A stretch of 62,452 nt of DNA, counting the filler, from Sphacelaria rigidula (lineage: Eukaryota), in assembly GCA_964200075.2 (NCBI GenBank). It is 3 parts of 3 records of this genome, joined end to end, with 100 filler letters (N's around TTAATTAATTAA, not from the genome) between each part and the next. Parts side by side here need not be neighbours in the genome. Positions count along the whole stretch, not along the records: positions 20,869 to 41,624 come from CAXNAA020000496.1; 2 more parts are not named here. One strand, 5' to 3'. How positions within the stretch are numbered: position 1 is the stretch's first letter; every line of letters starts with the position of its first letter. Below the pieces are notes generated by a model. The model was not told the DNA's origin and did no database searches. It was given only the letters and a program-made list of their open reading frames with translations. Made by a program: the position numbers and the translations under genes. Of this stretch, positions 26,301 through 38,051 are shown in pieces.

Positions 26301-29300
26301 CCTGTTGATTTTCTTAAATTGTCGTTTTCTTACATCGTCGATGTACCGCTGGTCACACAAAGCACAACCCCAACCGGCGTCGATCGCGCCGCATGAAACA
26401 GCCGTAAACCAAGAACGTATGCCGCTCCCAGAAAAAGTACAGTTTATCAGGGGGGGGGGGGTCTAGATATAGAGGGCACGTTTCTTAGTTGGGAAGGGGC
26501 TCCCCAGTCACCTAGTTTCTTACTTCTTATGCCTATTTTAGGTATGTATCCGCGCTGTTTCTTATTTTCATGTTTCTTATCTTATCGCCCAGTTAGAGGT
26601 GTGTTTCTTAATCCATTCTTCTCATTTTCCGTGAAAGGCTCAGCCTAATTTTCTTCACCATCATTTTCTCAAATGCGGGCCGCAACTGTATCACCGTCGC
26701 GCCCCTGTGGACGAACGGTGATATCTTTTATCAATAGTGTCGGTAAGGGCCAAAGGTTGAAGGTTCGAATCTCGATATATACCTTTTTTTTTTTCATGAG
26801 AAGAATCTGGTTTTTGGCATTGAAAACGTGAGGACATGAGTAGCAGTCCAGTAGCGAATAATATTTGACGACTTTCAACACGGTGCGGTGCGGTGCGATG
26901 CAGCATTGGGGGGGGGGCGAGGCGGAGTCGGGTGATGATCCAATCCGTGATACCAAAATGCCAAGTACGTACGGGGGGAAGAGATGGCTTGATCCCTTGA
27001 CACCAAGAACTCGTTCCGTGGTGGGCGAGGGGAAATACGAGGGGAGACAAGACAGGAAAAAACGAAAATGGACCACCCTGGATGGTATGCGGTGTAGCCT
27101 GGGAAAGATGTGCGTGTTGTTCCTCCCCAGTGTTGCGCCAAAAGAAAAAAAAAAGTCAGATGTACGCCGATTTTCGCATACAAATATCATTGTATAAAGT
27201 ACCAGCTTGGATCATCCGCAAATTAGGTGTAGTTCACACAAGCGAGGTGCCCTAGAGGGACGACCTACGGCCGAACACGCAGCATATCTGAAAAACTATG
27301 TTCAAGGCTGGATCGTTGGCACAAGTTGCAGGCCGAGAACGTGATCTTATCCCGCCTTCGGTGGTGTGCATGGCGTTGCTCGGTGCGGGTGCCTTGCGGG
27401 CCCCCTTTTACAACGATAGGTGGCGACCGCGCTTGGTGTTCCAGCGCACCACTGCGCCCAGGGCGTAGTATATGGAGTGTACAATCCGCTTGAAAAAGAA
27501 GCATCTCATTTGCTTTCGTCGCACTGGAGAACGGCACAATCGTTTGCGTGCATGTCTGGCGGCGCAGCTGATGGGTTCGAAATTTGAAAACTCCGTCATA
27601 ACCACTACATAAAGTGCAGTGTAATACGCTGATACAATGTACGGTCTACAGACAATATACCCGTACCGTAATACTACGTAACTGCATATGATGCGCGGCG
27701 TAATCAGGGCGTAACCGCATCTCATGTATATTTGAGGATTTTCCTTCGGTAAACCCTGGGTAAACCATCACTTTTCAGTGCAACTTGAGCTGTGGATTTC
27801 TCGCCTGTAACTGCGTTTTCCATCATGGAACTTTGCACACTAGTTGGACACAACACAGGCAGCATATGCCCAAAGCATCCACGCGATTGGGCCCGGGAAC
27901 ATCGTACAACATGGCCCCAGCCCATTGTGGGTAATGCCGTTCATGCGCTCTCAAACCGGCCATGCAACTGCCCAGACTTTGCGCACTACAGGCGAAAGCA
28001 TATGTGCACGCGGAGATGCACAAACTTGGACATTTAGCGCGGCTGGGCGGTCGATGTGGCAGAAAACTGACACCAGTCTGTACTGCGACCCTCTCTGGAT
28101 CATGATCATCAGTAGTGTACCGATCGGCACACAGTGTGTAGAGCTGCGCATTCCATGACGCACGACCCTACGCGCGCTGTAGCCGCTGCGAGGCGCTGAA
28201 ACTTTGCCCATATGTTGTACGAACCACAGTCAACAGTTCCACGTCGCTATATCTGGTTTTGTGTGCTGCAGGAGTGCGCACTGGAGGGAAAAGTGGTCAG
28301 ATTTTGTTCCGAAAAATGTTTTTTTTCTTCTTGTTTTGCCGCAAGACTGTTCCCTCGTTCACCTCCGGTGTCCACTCGCCCTTTTTCACCCTGGCGTCCA
28401 CGTGGTTGTGCCATCTCTCCCTGCACTGCTTGCCCGATCGGCCCGGGAATGACTTTGCCAGAAGATTCCTGCGCGAGCATCCCAAAAAAAAGATTAAATA
28501 CATCAGAACAACTGAAAAACAATAACGACGCTCAGCGAAAACTTTTCAACGCTTTTTTTCGGGGGGGAGGAAACAACTCTCGACCTAGAAAAGACCCTAC
28601 TATATGGACAAGTCTCTTCTTCCCTCGTGCGTTCGGTTTCGATGCACACGGTCTGTTCGTCGACCGTTTCATAGGGTTGTCTTCTTCCGGGGGGGGGGCG
28701 GGGGGGGGGCATATCCTTCAGTTTTGGGACATTTGATTCAGCTGTCTGCCCACACAGACAGGCAATATTGCCACCACATGTCTCGGACACTCTGCATCAT
28801 CCCACCGCCGAGACGAGTCTAGCCGACATTTCCGATATGCTCCAGGTTTTGAGAATGGCCTCTGTAAAAAAATCTAGCTGGACATGAGAGAATGTGCTTA
28901 CGATGTGAACAAGCATTACAGAAATCTGCAGATACCGTGTTTGTCCATGCTCAGCTGGACTCTTGTTCAGAGGCCATTTTCGAAACCTCGGAGCCAAGCG
29001 AATCACAAGAATGGACAAGACTCTGCTCAGTCGGGTGATGCAGAGTGTCCAAGACATGTGATGTCAATATTGCAAGTTTGAGGGCCAAAGACTGGATCAA
29101 AATGTCCCGAACTGAAATATACGTCCCCTTCCCCTTAGAGAGGAATAAAATAATAGAAACTGCCTAGCCCTGAATTTCATCATTCTCTTCATCAAAATTA
29201 CCAATCTACTTCGAACTGAGACAACAGCAACGGCAACATTATCCCTTTGACTGCCAGCGTAGGTCATCTGATGAACTGGCATCAATTTCATTTGGAAAAT

Positions 29301-32300
29301 CAATTCATGACTCAGGTAAGCAACTCTCGCGGTCAAGTGGTTAACCTCTCGACCCTGAGAGCAGCTCACCTGGGTCATGGATTCATCTTTCGAATTAAAT
29401 TAATGCCAATTCAACACATGGCCTATGCTAGCGGTCGAAGGGTACCAAGAGACGACAGGGAAACTGAAACAACCCATGTTGAGAAAGGCAACAGAGGAGG
29501 ATATAGTACAGTTTTTCCGTGAAATCGCGAGTATTACGAGGCCAAACCAGGGGGGCGGTGTCTGTAGTGCCTAGAGACATGCCACCACTAGCCTCACTCG
29601 AGGGAAAACAACGTTATTTTGGTGCGCCAGATCTTCTGACAGGTTAAATGATGCGGTGATTCTTGCTGTGGATCTACAACCTACGAGTATTCGCATGAAC
29701 AAGACCGAGCTCGTTGTCAGCTAGATCTACCGACAGGTTTAAAGATGCGCAGTGGTTCTTGGTGTGGTGGTGCAATAAGTTTCGTTGTTGCGTGTTCTCT
29801 CGAGCCTGTCAGCAGATCTGGCGGACACCAAAATTTTGCCGGTTCTTTATTGCGAGTGAGGAGGTTGCACCGCTTGATTGAATGGGTGATAGTCGCGCAT
29901 GAACTGATTCGAAAACAAACCCAGTCGCAGTTACAAGACACGGGTACAGGCGTACCCAAGGTCAACAACAGCAACACGCGATAAGGGAAATTGAGATTGC
30001 AGCGTTGAATCTAATATGTTACGGTAAGATTGTGTTAAACTCACCAATACCATGTCCTCGTAACATCCTGGTTCATGGTTTTCAAACAATATTGAGAATG
30101 ACAACACCTCACAAACCAAAAAAAGCCAGGACATCTAGTACTATAACTCGGGTTTAGCGCCCGCGGCCTGCTGTGAATCCTTACAGCCCCCTCGTGGAGG
30201 GTGGCGATATTGTAGACGACGAAGACCTAGCAGGACATGCGGGCGCTGAAACACATGTTTCGCGTACTTTACTTTTAGACTAACCGCATTGCTGCAGGCG
30301 AACATGATTGAGCAGCCAAGGCGGGGTCTTGTGACGGTCTGGCTTGTGGTGACGCGATGCTTACAGCGAGCAGGACGAATGCACCATGTACGTCTTGTTA
30401 CCGTGCTGGTGCTATCGTTAATCCCTACAGTAGCAGAGATGCATATGCGATTGCAGGGCACCTACCGGGTGATGTGCAAACATCACCGGGAGGGGGCACG
30501 ACCAATGTGAGTGGCAATGGCCTAGTGTAGTCCGAACCCCCGTGGTTCACAAAGAGGCGTCATCTCTTCCGCCAAAACAACGGTTTTAACACCCTGCGGA
30601 AGAAAACACAAGAAGGAGCCTCCTGACTCATGGTGCTCAAGGGTGTAAAGTCCTCTTCTAGGGCATGGATTTTCCTTGACATGATTTAATCGTGATGAAA
30701 TCCATATCCCTATAACGGATGACTCAAGATCGAAGTAGAAGACTGAGGATATGAACAAGAGGGGGGGGGGGAAGGGGGGGAAGAAAAAACTAGATGGACG
30801 GAGGGAGCAATACGTGGCAGGCGCTCGTCAAATGCAGTAGAGCTCACGTTACAACGTTTTCGTGAGATTGAGAGCCTAGCGTTATTTAAAAGTGAGTCTC
30901 ATTATTTGTTTTATGCCGACCAACTTTTCAGTTGTGTGCGTGCTCGTCTTCACCTGGAACACCGCCGTGTGCTTACAGCTATACGTCGATATCATAGTAG
31001 GGACATCAAAGGCTTCAGTGGCAAGCTACTACAAAAAAAAGCGTATTCGGCCTCGTAAAAGGCCCGAGAGGCCATTTCGGAACTGAAGCCATTTCATTTA
31101 TAAATTAACTGCTTCTCACTCTCAATCGCATCCTGTTTCCATGCTCACGAAAACATTGTTGTCTGTGGAGTGGGGACGGAGCGTCTAAATTTCTGTGCTA
31201 TACGGTAAAAAAACTCACCATTTTTTGTAACCAAAGTGGTCAACAAGACGCTTGAGGTGCTCATCCTCTTCGGCCGACCACGGTCCTTTCACCGGCGTAT
31301 CTTTCACAGCCTCCCACCTGTGGCAAGAAAACAGATTATGATGTTGACACAAGAACATCCAAGACCCGAACAATGTGATGAATGGAGAATGACAGATACA
31401 GTAGACAGTGCTAATCCAACACGAAAAAAATATAAATACACGCCGAACACACTATCGAGGTGCTGCGGATACACCGGGCATATCTCCCCCTTGTGTCTTC
31501 TTTGGGGACCCTTGAGCCATTCACGTGCTGAAGCCGTTAACGTACTGATTGATTTAAGAAATGACTGCTCGACTCGGATAGTGGTTGTTCATTTTCGAAC
31601 GACTCATAAGAGTTCAAAGAACGGTTCGGTATTTTGATGGATAATGACGACCGTCACGAATTTTGAAACTGGAGTCTGGATATTACACACTTTACCCCGA
31701 ATAAACAGTTCGGTATTTTGAAAGGTGGTGACGGATATTACGGGGGGAAATGTGATGAGGGCTGGGGATATACGTCGAATACTCTTTTGTCTAGTTCGGA
31801 TGTGGCTCGATGGGTCCATCTATGCCAAGTTCAACAGTACAGTAAGTAAAAGCTCCACGTGTGTTCATCCTGAGTTTAGCGTGGCCCATATCTCAAATAA
31901 CCCGCCTCCCAACAAAATGTTCCGCGGTACTGTCAGCCGGCGACTTTGTCCCGAGAGCAAAAGCTGCTTCAGTGATCATTCAGCAACGTGAGATGACGCA
32001 GGAAAACGACAAATCGAGGGCGCGGTACTCGATCCAAGGCCTTACATTACAGCCCCAAAAACTTCTCATCGACAACGGACATGAAAATATCTCAGGGGAC
32101 ATGTTCCAATTCCAACACGTACGTCGTCGAAATATTCGAGGTTAGTTTACCATGACTTTGCTTCACACGCAAGACTAACCAAAACCTCTAGCCTTTGGCC
32201 GTTCAGATACACGGAAAAATACAAAGACAACATTATCAACAGAAATACCGTACATCTCTACTTTGCACATGACTTATTTCTATAGAACGTCCATCCTACG

Positions 32301-35300
32301 AGTTCTAGCGATAGGCGACATGGCTAAACATGAGGGGCGAGTTTCCGCAGTGGTGGACTCATCGGGACTTTTACTTGCTACTTTCCCTGCAGATAACTCA
32401 TGAGAGAGCTACCTCTACAGTAAAAAATAGCCCAAAAACGATGCAGATCATTTTCGGTACAAAGCGACTTCTTCAGTATTTTCTGACCACCAGTGTTGAA
32501 TATTGAACGGAAAAAAACGTTCGATACGATATTTTCACGTACCTACCTTAACCCCTAGACCGCGAGGTTAGTCTTCTATTGAATTGGCATCAATTTCAAG
32601 TGAAAAACGTATGCATGATCCAGGAAGACTAATCTCGCGGTCTGAGGGTTAGACCTTAGACTGCGAGGTTAGTCTTCTGTTGAATCGGCATCAATTTCAA
32701 GTGAAAAAAAGTATGCATGATCTGGAAAGACTAATCTCGCGGTCTAAGGGTTAAGACGTCGATATCGATATTTTTTTCGACACGCGGAAATGACCCGACA
32801 CGTATCGATACTCGATACAATACAATACGGCTGTTTTGGTGGGGACACAGCTTGCACGCCTGGTTGTATGAAGGTACAGCAGCACCAGTGTGTGATTTAT
32901 TATCTGACATCATAGAAGTGGCGGCACAACACGCGGCGTGATGCTTCGGTTTGACAAAAATAGTTCATCGTGCAAGAGGCAAGTCGCGAAAGAGGTGGTT
33001 GAACACAACTCGAGGTGTGATGCATGGTCGATAGTGTGTTATTTAAGCCGGTAATATATTTCGCGGCCACTATTCCGTCATGTTTCTATCGAATTTGAGC
33101 ATTTACCTCGGCTCTGCGCACTGCGCACTGCGAACGCACTCATTATTCAATAACAAACGCACTCATTCCGATATTATCGAAATCTGATCGAGTATCGATA
33201 TCCGATTTTCAACACTGGTGACTGCAACTTATCGCGGGAAACCTATTTTCATTCAGGTGAAAGGCAGCTCCGTAGTCGGCTGAAGTTCCTCACGTGTGCA
33301 GATAGTACGGTCGCTATTTTCTCCTCTTTTTCTTGATTTCATAACTTTGCCCAAATGCAGGGTTTGTCAGACCTACGCTCCCGTGGAAGGTTTGCAGTCG
33401 GCACGAATGGGGTGCTCGGTGGCTTCGTTATCCCTCGTACTGCATGTACTGCCTGTCCATGCACGCAAAACAAGTACAACGATGGCCACACAGGCAACCA
33501 CAACACACGGAACAGCTTCAACAGTGGAACAGGACGTACTGTCGGTACACCCTCTTTCAGTAGTCTCCGAGCGTTCACCTACCATAGGGAGAACCCAGCA
33601 AAAGCGCGTTACGAACTCGGCACAGGAGTATTATTTTGTAATCAATCCAAGCTAAAAGTAAAAGAGACGCTGGGATGTTGGCGCTTTGTTGGCGTTTCGC
33701 ACCCTCCTCGAATCATGAACGGCTTTCGCGCTAACCGGTGGTCGGGGGTCTTTGAAGTACACATGCCCAGCTGCTAGCTACCGGCTTTTTGATGTCTTCG
33801 CTCGATCGAGCCAATTCCAACTTCTCCGACGGAACAACCACCCGCGCCCAGTTTTAGGGTTGCATTTTTGAACCGTTTGTTGCATCATCACAGCTGATGA
33901 AAAAACAACGCGTTTTCGGATCTGAACACGAGTAATCAACCCCTGCCCTCCACGAGACAGCCGCTCTGCCTCCGTCCTGCACCCGACAACATGACAATGT
34001 TGTGGCAAATATGGAAGAATCTTGCGTGAACGAGCTAATTAGTCTCGCATCGCCCAGCGATTCAAAAACTTGCGAACGATTCAAAAACACATTGATTAGT
34101 CTTGCTTTGCCCAGAGATTCAAGAACTTGCGAACGATTCAAGAACATCCTGGACAATATTTCACCTTTTACAAAAGTGTACTGCGTACAGTATGGAATCT
34201 ATTGTCTATTGCAGTATAAAATAGTCGATATTATTGTACACAGTACACTTCCTGACAATGTAGTCTGTTGTCCAGGGTGTGAAAGTTGCATGTTGCCCAG
34301 CAATACTACTCCCGATTGAGTGAAAAAAAATCTCAGTTTGAACGTTAGCGTCTTCTGTATTTCAAGGTATCTTGAATACTATTGTAGTGTAACATAACGA
34401 GGGTCCACCGTGAACCGAAACCCACATCAGCTTTAGTAGTATATTAAGCCGAGGATGGATGTCCGCCGGATCACGCATGGTACACGTGCAATGATAACAC
34501 GTATACTGCGCAACCAAAAGCGCCAGGTGCTGTCCGGAACAGTTCAAGGTCGGACGAATAATGATTCGTAAAAAAATTACTTGTTTCTCGCGTAATTGAT
34601 TCGTATCATACGATTCATCCTTGGCGGGCTTTGTGTCGACCTGGGATCAATTGGTTCCTCTCTTTATTTCGAGCACTCCGTCCAAAACAATCGTAGATTT
34701 GGTGATTCCAAACAGTTGAAACAAGGACGAGAAAACTCACATCGACGGAAATACGGCTCGTCTAGCTCATGGAACGTGCAGTTTGCACAATGAAGTTCGG
34801 GGATATTCAAGTGCTTACACCAAAACTACAGTACAGTGCAATGTGGTAAAGTACAGTACTTTGAAGGCTGGAGGCCCATACCGACTGAAGATTCAAGGAT
34901 CGCACAAGATGCTGATATATGAGTGAACAAACACATCTGAAGAACGGGTCAGGAAAAAAACAATACGCAACAGTACAGTCAAACCTGGCGGGTCATTTAT
35001 TCATTACCCGGCAGCGCTGTTGATTTTTTTCAGGTATCGAGATGGTAACAAAACGATTTACGTGTATAATAAATACAGTACTTCGTAATGTGTACATTTT
35101 GATGAAATCTGATCAACGAACAGCAGACAAGTTCCAATCGAATGTGCCGGGGCCAGTATACGAATTTAGGTAGGGACGTCTACCACCCTTTTAGACGTGG
35201 CAGTCAGCCGACAGCAGCGAACACAGCAACGAAATACATTTCTATGGCAAGAAGCAAAACAAAATTTAGTAACTTGTCCGACGACTGATTATTTTATTCT

Positions 35301-38051
35301 TCAAATAATTTCAGTACGTCCAGAAAACACGGCGCGACGAACCGGTCACCGCCACGGAGATATGCCGCGAGAGGGGATCAGGAAGGGTCAGTACGGCAAT
35401 AGAGGAGGCTGAGCACGCAAACGAAATCGGATTGATTCGTCAGCAGCAACACAATATGTCGTGCTTCTCTCTGCAGCTGTTGTCATTGATCCGCCGCTGC
35501 CTTCGACAAGGGGCGGAGGAAGGCAAATAAATTGACACTTGTTTCATAAATGTCAAGGATGAAAAAATAACAGTTTTCGAATGAACACGTCTTACTCCGC
35601 GCGAAATTCTTGACTACAATGTGCTGGCGGCAAGGGCCACGTACACAGGCTAATAAACGGGAGAACACGGTTGACGGTATGATACGCGAAAGTCAACTTT
35701 GTACTGTAATAGTGGACGCGATAGACGTTAACGTCTTGCGGCGTATTTGACATCCATTGCGATCTATTTTTTGTACTGCGGTATATTGTTTGTTATATAC
35801 CAGGCACTGAGGAGCTCATTCAAAAACATGCCGCAATGAGTTGACGCCTGGCGCATGAAATGTTGTCAACCTTTACCCGCAAGGGTGGGCAATCTGGGTA
35901 CACCCGTTCTCCAAGTGAAAACTATTCCAATTCAATGAATGACCCGCCCTGGCCGTGAAAGGATCAACTTACTGGTATCTATCTCATCAGCCGGTAGCTT
36001 GCTCTGCTGTGGACAGATTCGTGTGCACCATTATTTATAATGGTATCCCGATGTAAACATTGTCGTTATAGTTTTATTTGGGTACTACGTATGCAAATAG
36101 TGTACTTTATTGCACGCAAGTTTGCATAACGGTGTGCAACGGTAGTAGCTAATGTACTGGTGAACGAAGTCTTGACATTGTTCTCTGTTCACGGTCGGCT
36201 CCATCTATTTTGGTATGCGTAATACCAGTATATTACAGCGCGAAGTGCAGCGCGCGTCGAATTGTCTGCCAACCCCACGAAAGTAGTCGGGATGAAAGTA
36301 CATGGCACAAAAAAAGTGTTTCTTACATGTTGCCCTCATCCCCACCACCACACGGAACGGCAAAGCGCGATAGGGGCGACGGCTGCAACGGGCTGGGCGG
36401 TTGGCGCGCACGAGGTTGTTCCTGGTTTATTTGGCGGCGTTTTGCCAGCTGCGCACCCACATGAATGAATTTACTAAGTTCGAGTGAGTGAGGACACGAA
36501 CAGGAGAGTGGCCGCATGATTGGGCGCGCCATCATCGAATAGAAACGGACGATTCGAAATCTTTGAATATCTTTGTCCCACTGTATCCTCTGTAACCCTT
36601 TTGTACCACCAGGGAGGGTCATCTGGGCCTTACATGTACTGTTCAAGTGAAAATGACTGCTGATTCGATACTTGACACCTGCTCCAAGGGTAGAAGCGTT
36701 AAAACCAGGAATCAGTCTCGTCCAGCAACGAGGGAGATCATCCAGTCAGCAGTGTATGATTACACACCAGGAGTTACAAAGGACATGATCAAAGGCATAC
36801 CTACAGAAAGTTGACCTAATTTTTCGTGTACTAGTACAGTAAACGTTCAATAGTCTTGGGATTCATTGAGGGGGGGGGAAGGGGGGTTCCCTACCCGCAC
36901 TTCTTCGACAAGCTGTGGAAAATGAATGTATATTGTGCGCTACTGACCTACATACATACATCTCCTCAAGAGGGTGTTCTATATCCCATGGGTTTCATTT
37001 AGTGATGATCAAGTACGTAAAGAAGGGGACAGAAGCAGTGTATTCTTGTGTTTCTACTTTCATCTCTTCGAGTGGTCTTTTCCTCATATTTCGAGCTGCT
37101 GCGTGCCACATCCTCATTTACGGACAGTACAGTACGGTACTGTTGTAGTTTTCCTTAATTCATGATTGGTATCTTCCCGCGAAACGTTGCGCATACAACA
37201 ACCTTCCCTTGCATGGCGAAAAGCATGCTGTAGGATTGGCGAGGAGGCTTCATGGTTTGGATCACAATACACACCATCTTTGTCTGCTGTACATTAAGTG
37301 CTCGTTCCCATCCACCACGGACAGCCCGAACAGCATACGGGTAATGATAGACCAACGCATCACTCGTACAAGTGCGAGAATACAGAAGCGAACAAGGCTT
37401 CAAGACACACACCTGTTCTGCCCCCAACCCCAGCCTTCGCGGAAAAAGGAACATTTTCAAAGAATCCATTTGATCAACTTTCACCCGCCAAAAAATAACT
37501 CTGAACTGCAACACAGGAACTTCTGTCGGATGCCTGCATGACATGAAGAACATCCCGACGTGTGGGTAACGGCCATGGCAACGACGAACTCTGCACACAT
37601 ATACATACGCGCGCAGGACAAGTACACTAGTTCAAGCTCACCTTCTCTGGCACTCCTGAGCGGAATTTTTGCCAGTATCCCACTCGATGGTGGAAGCAAT
37701 CCTGGCCCAGTCGATGCTCTCAGACCGCAGCACAAGGTCCCGCAGCACGAGATCTGTGTCTCGATTCCATAGAGTTCCCCTCAAAGGATAGCCGTGGGGG
37801 GACACGGCCTCATGCATTGGTCTACCCTTATCGACGAATTGGCGAGAGGATGTAGTGCTGGAAATGCTTGGGTGGTGATGATGGCGATGTTGTTGGTGCT
37901 GTTGACGTTGGGGGGCGTAGTGCTGTATGTTGCTGTGGTTGTTTTGATGGTGGAGGTGCTGCTGCTGCTGCTGCTGCTGCTGCTGATAAGTGTCGTCCCG
38001 CGATGTCCTTGGCATTACACGTTGATGGTGATACTCCTCTGTGTCTGACAT
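22307..38051 (-). CDS. R1R2R3 (3R) MYB transcription factor, 6 exons, 853 aa; complement(join(22307..23341,23637..24447,24869..24969,28363..28468,31219..31317,37642..38051))
   Basis: All five introns are GT-AG and phase-consistent, and the exons sum to 2562 nt. Spliced DBD: WNRDTDLVLRDLVLRSESIDWARIA...ECQRRWEAVKDTPVKGPWSAEEDEHLKRLVDHFGYKKWNLLAKSFPGRSGKQCRERWHNHVDARVKKGEWTPEEDQILCEAQRQLGNKWSEMSRILTGRSENAIKNRFNSL. N-terminus is Q/H-rich and the C-terminus long and disordered. Confidence 0.93.
23637..24447 (-). CDS. 3R-MYB exon 5 (end of R3, acidic/Gly-rich region)
   Basis: cttcctcag|A TTT AAC ... CGT AAG AGG|gtacgc; 811 nt open. Confidence 0.88.
24869..24969 (-). CDS. 3R-MYB exon 4 (R3)
   Basis: gtcatcag|EDQILCEAQRQLGNKWSEMSRILTGRSENAIKN CG|gtgag. 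Absent from the ORF track. Confidence 0.95.
26700..26794 (+). mobile_element. tRNA-derived (Pol III) SINE head or tRNA pseudogene
   Basis: A-box-like TGGACGAACGG (26708), B-box GGTTCGAATC (26762), then a T11 run. No acceptor-stem pairing, so not a functional tRNA. Confidence 0.5.
28363..28468 (-). CDS. 3R-MYB exon 3 (R2 recognition helix)
   Basis: cgcgcag|G AAT ... GRSGKQCRERWHNHVD...KKGEWTPE|gtgaa. Confidence 0.96.
29239..29446. mobile_element. Inverted dimer of a 98-bp piggyBac-type (TTAA) MITE
   Basis: Units 29243-29340 and 29345-29442 are diverged reverse complements around a central TTAA. Same family as 32552-32750. Confidence 0.8.
30960..31160 (+). repeat. Dispersed repeat; second copy at 51085-51325 carries a 50-nt insertion
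   Basis: CGTGTGCTTACAGCTA.ACGTCGATATC...GTGGCAAG.TACT...TTTCGGAACTGAA...CACTCTCAA...CTCACGAAAACATT is in both copies. Confidence 0.8.
31219..31317 (-). CDS. 3R-MYB exon 2 (end of R1, start of R2)
   Basis: ttcttgccacag|G TGG GAG ... KGPWSAEEDEHLKRLVDHFGYKK TG|gtgag. Absent from the ORF track. Confidence 0.93.
32491..33217. mobile_element. hAT-like non-autonomous element containing a nested TTAA-MITE dimer
   Basis: Termini CAGTGTTGAA...TTCAACACTG, multiple subterminal TCGATA motifs, and degenerate 8-bp flanks CTGACCAC/GTGACTGC (5/8). Confidence 0.6.
32548..32754. mobile_element. Direct tandem dimer of a 97/98-bp piggyBac-type MITE
   Basis: TTAA-[CCCCTAGACCGCGAGGTTAGTCTTC...GAAGACTAATCTCGCGGTCTGAGGG]-TTAG-[unit]-TTAA, with TIRs of about 25 bp and CCC/GGG ends. 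Confidence 0.88.
34038..34146. repeat. Tandem duplication, period 57 bp
   Basis: ATTAGTCT.GC.T.GCCCAG.GATTCAA.AACTTGCGAACGATTCAA.AACA twice. Confidence 0.85.
34145..34279. mobile_element. MITE-like element of about 135 bp (family of 13393-13524)
   Basis: TIR CATCCTGGACAA/TTGTCCAGGGTG (11/12) and an internal GTGTACTGCGTACA inverted repeat. Confidence 0.7.
37642..38051 (-). CDS. 3R-MYB exon 1 (start codon, polyQ/His tract, repeat R1)
   Basis: ccaaaaATG TCA GAC...; ends CAG AGA AG|gtgag. Confidence 0.88.

Noticed and set aside
26700..26783. Functional tRNA gene
   Set aside because: A and B boxes are present but no acceptor stem or cloverleaf; kept only as a SINE-like head.
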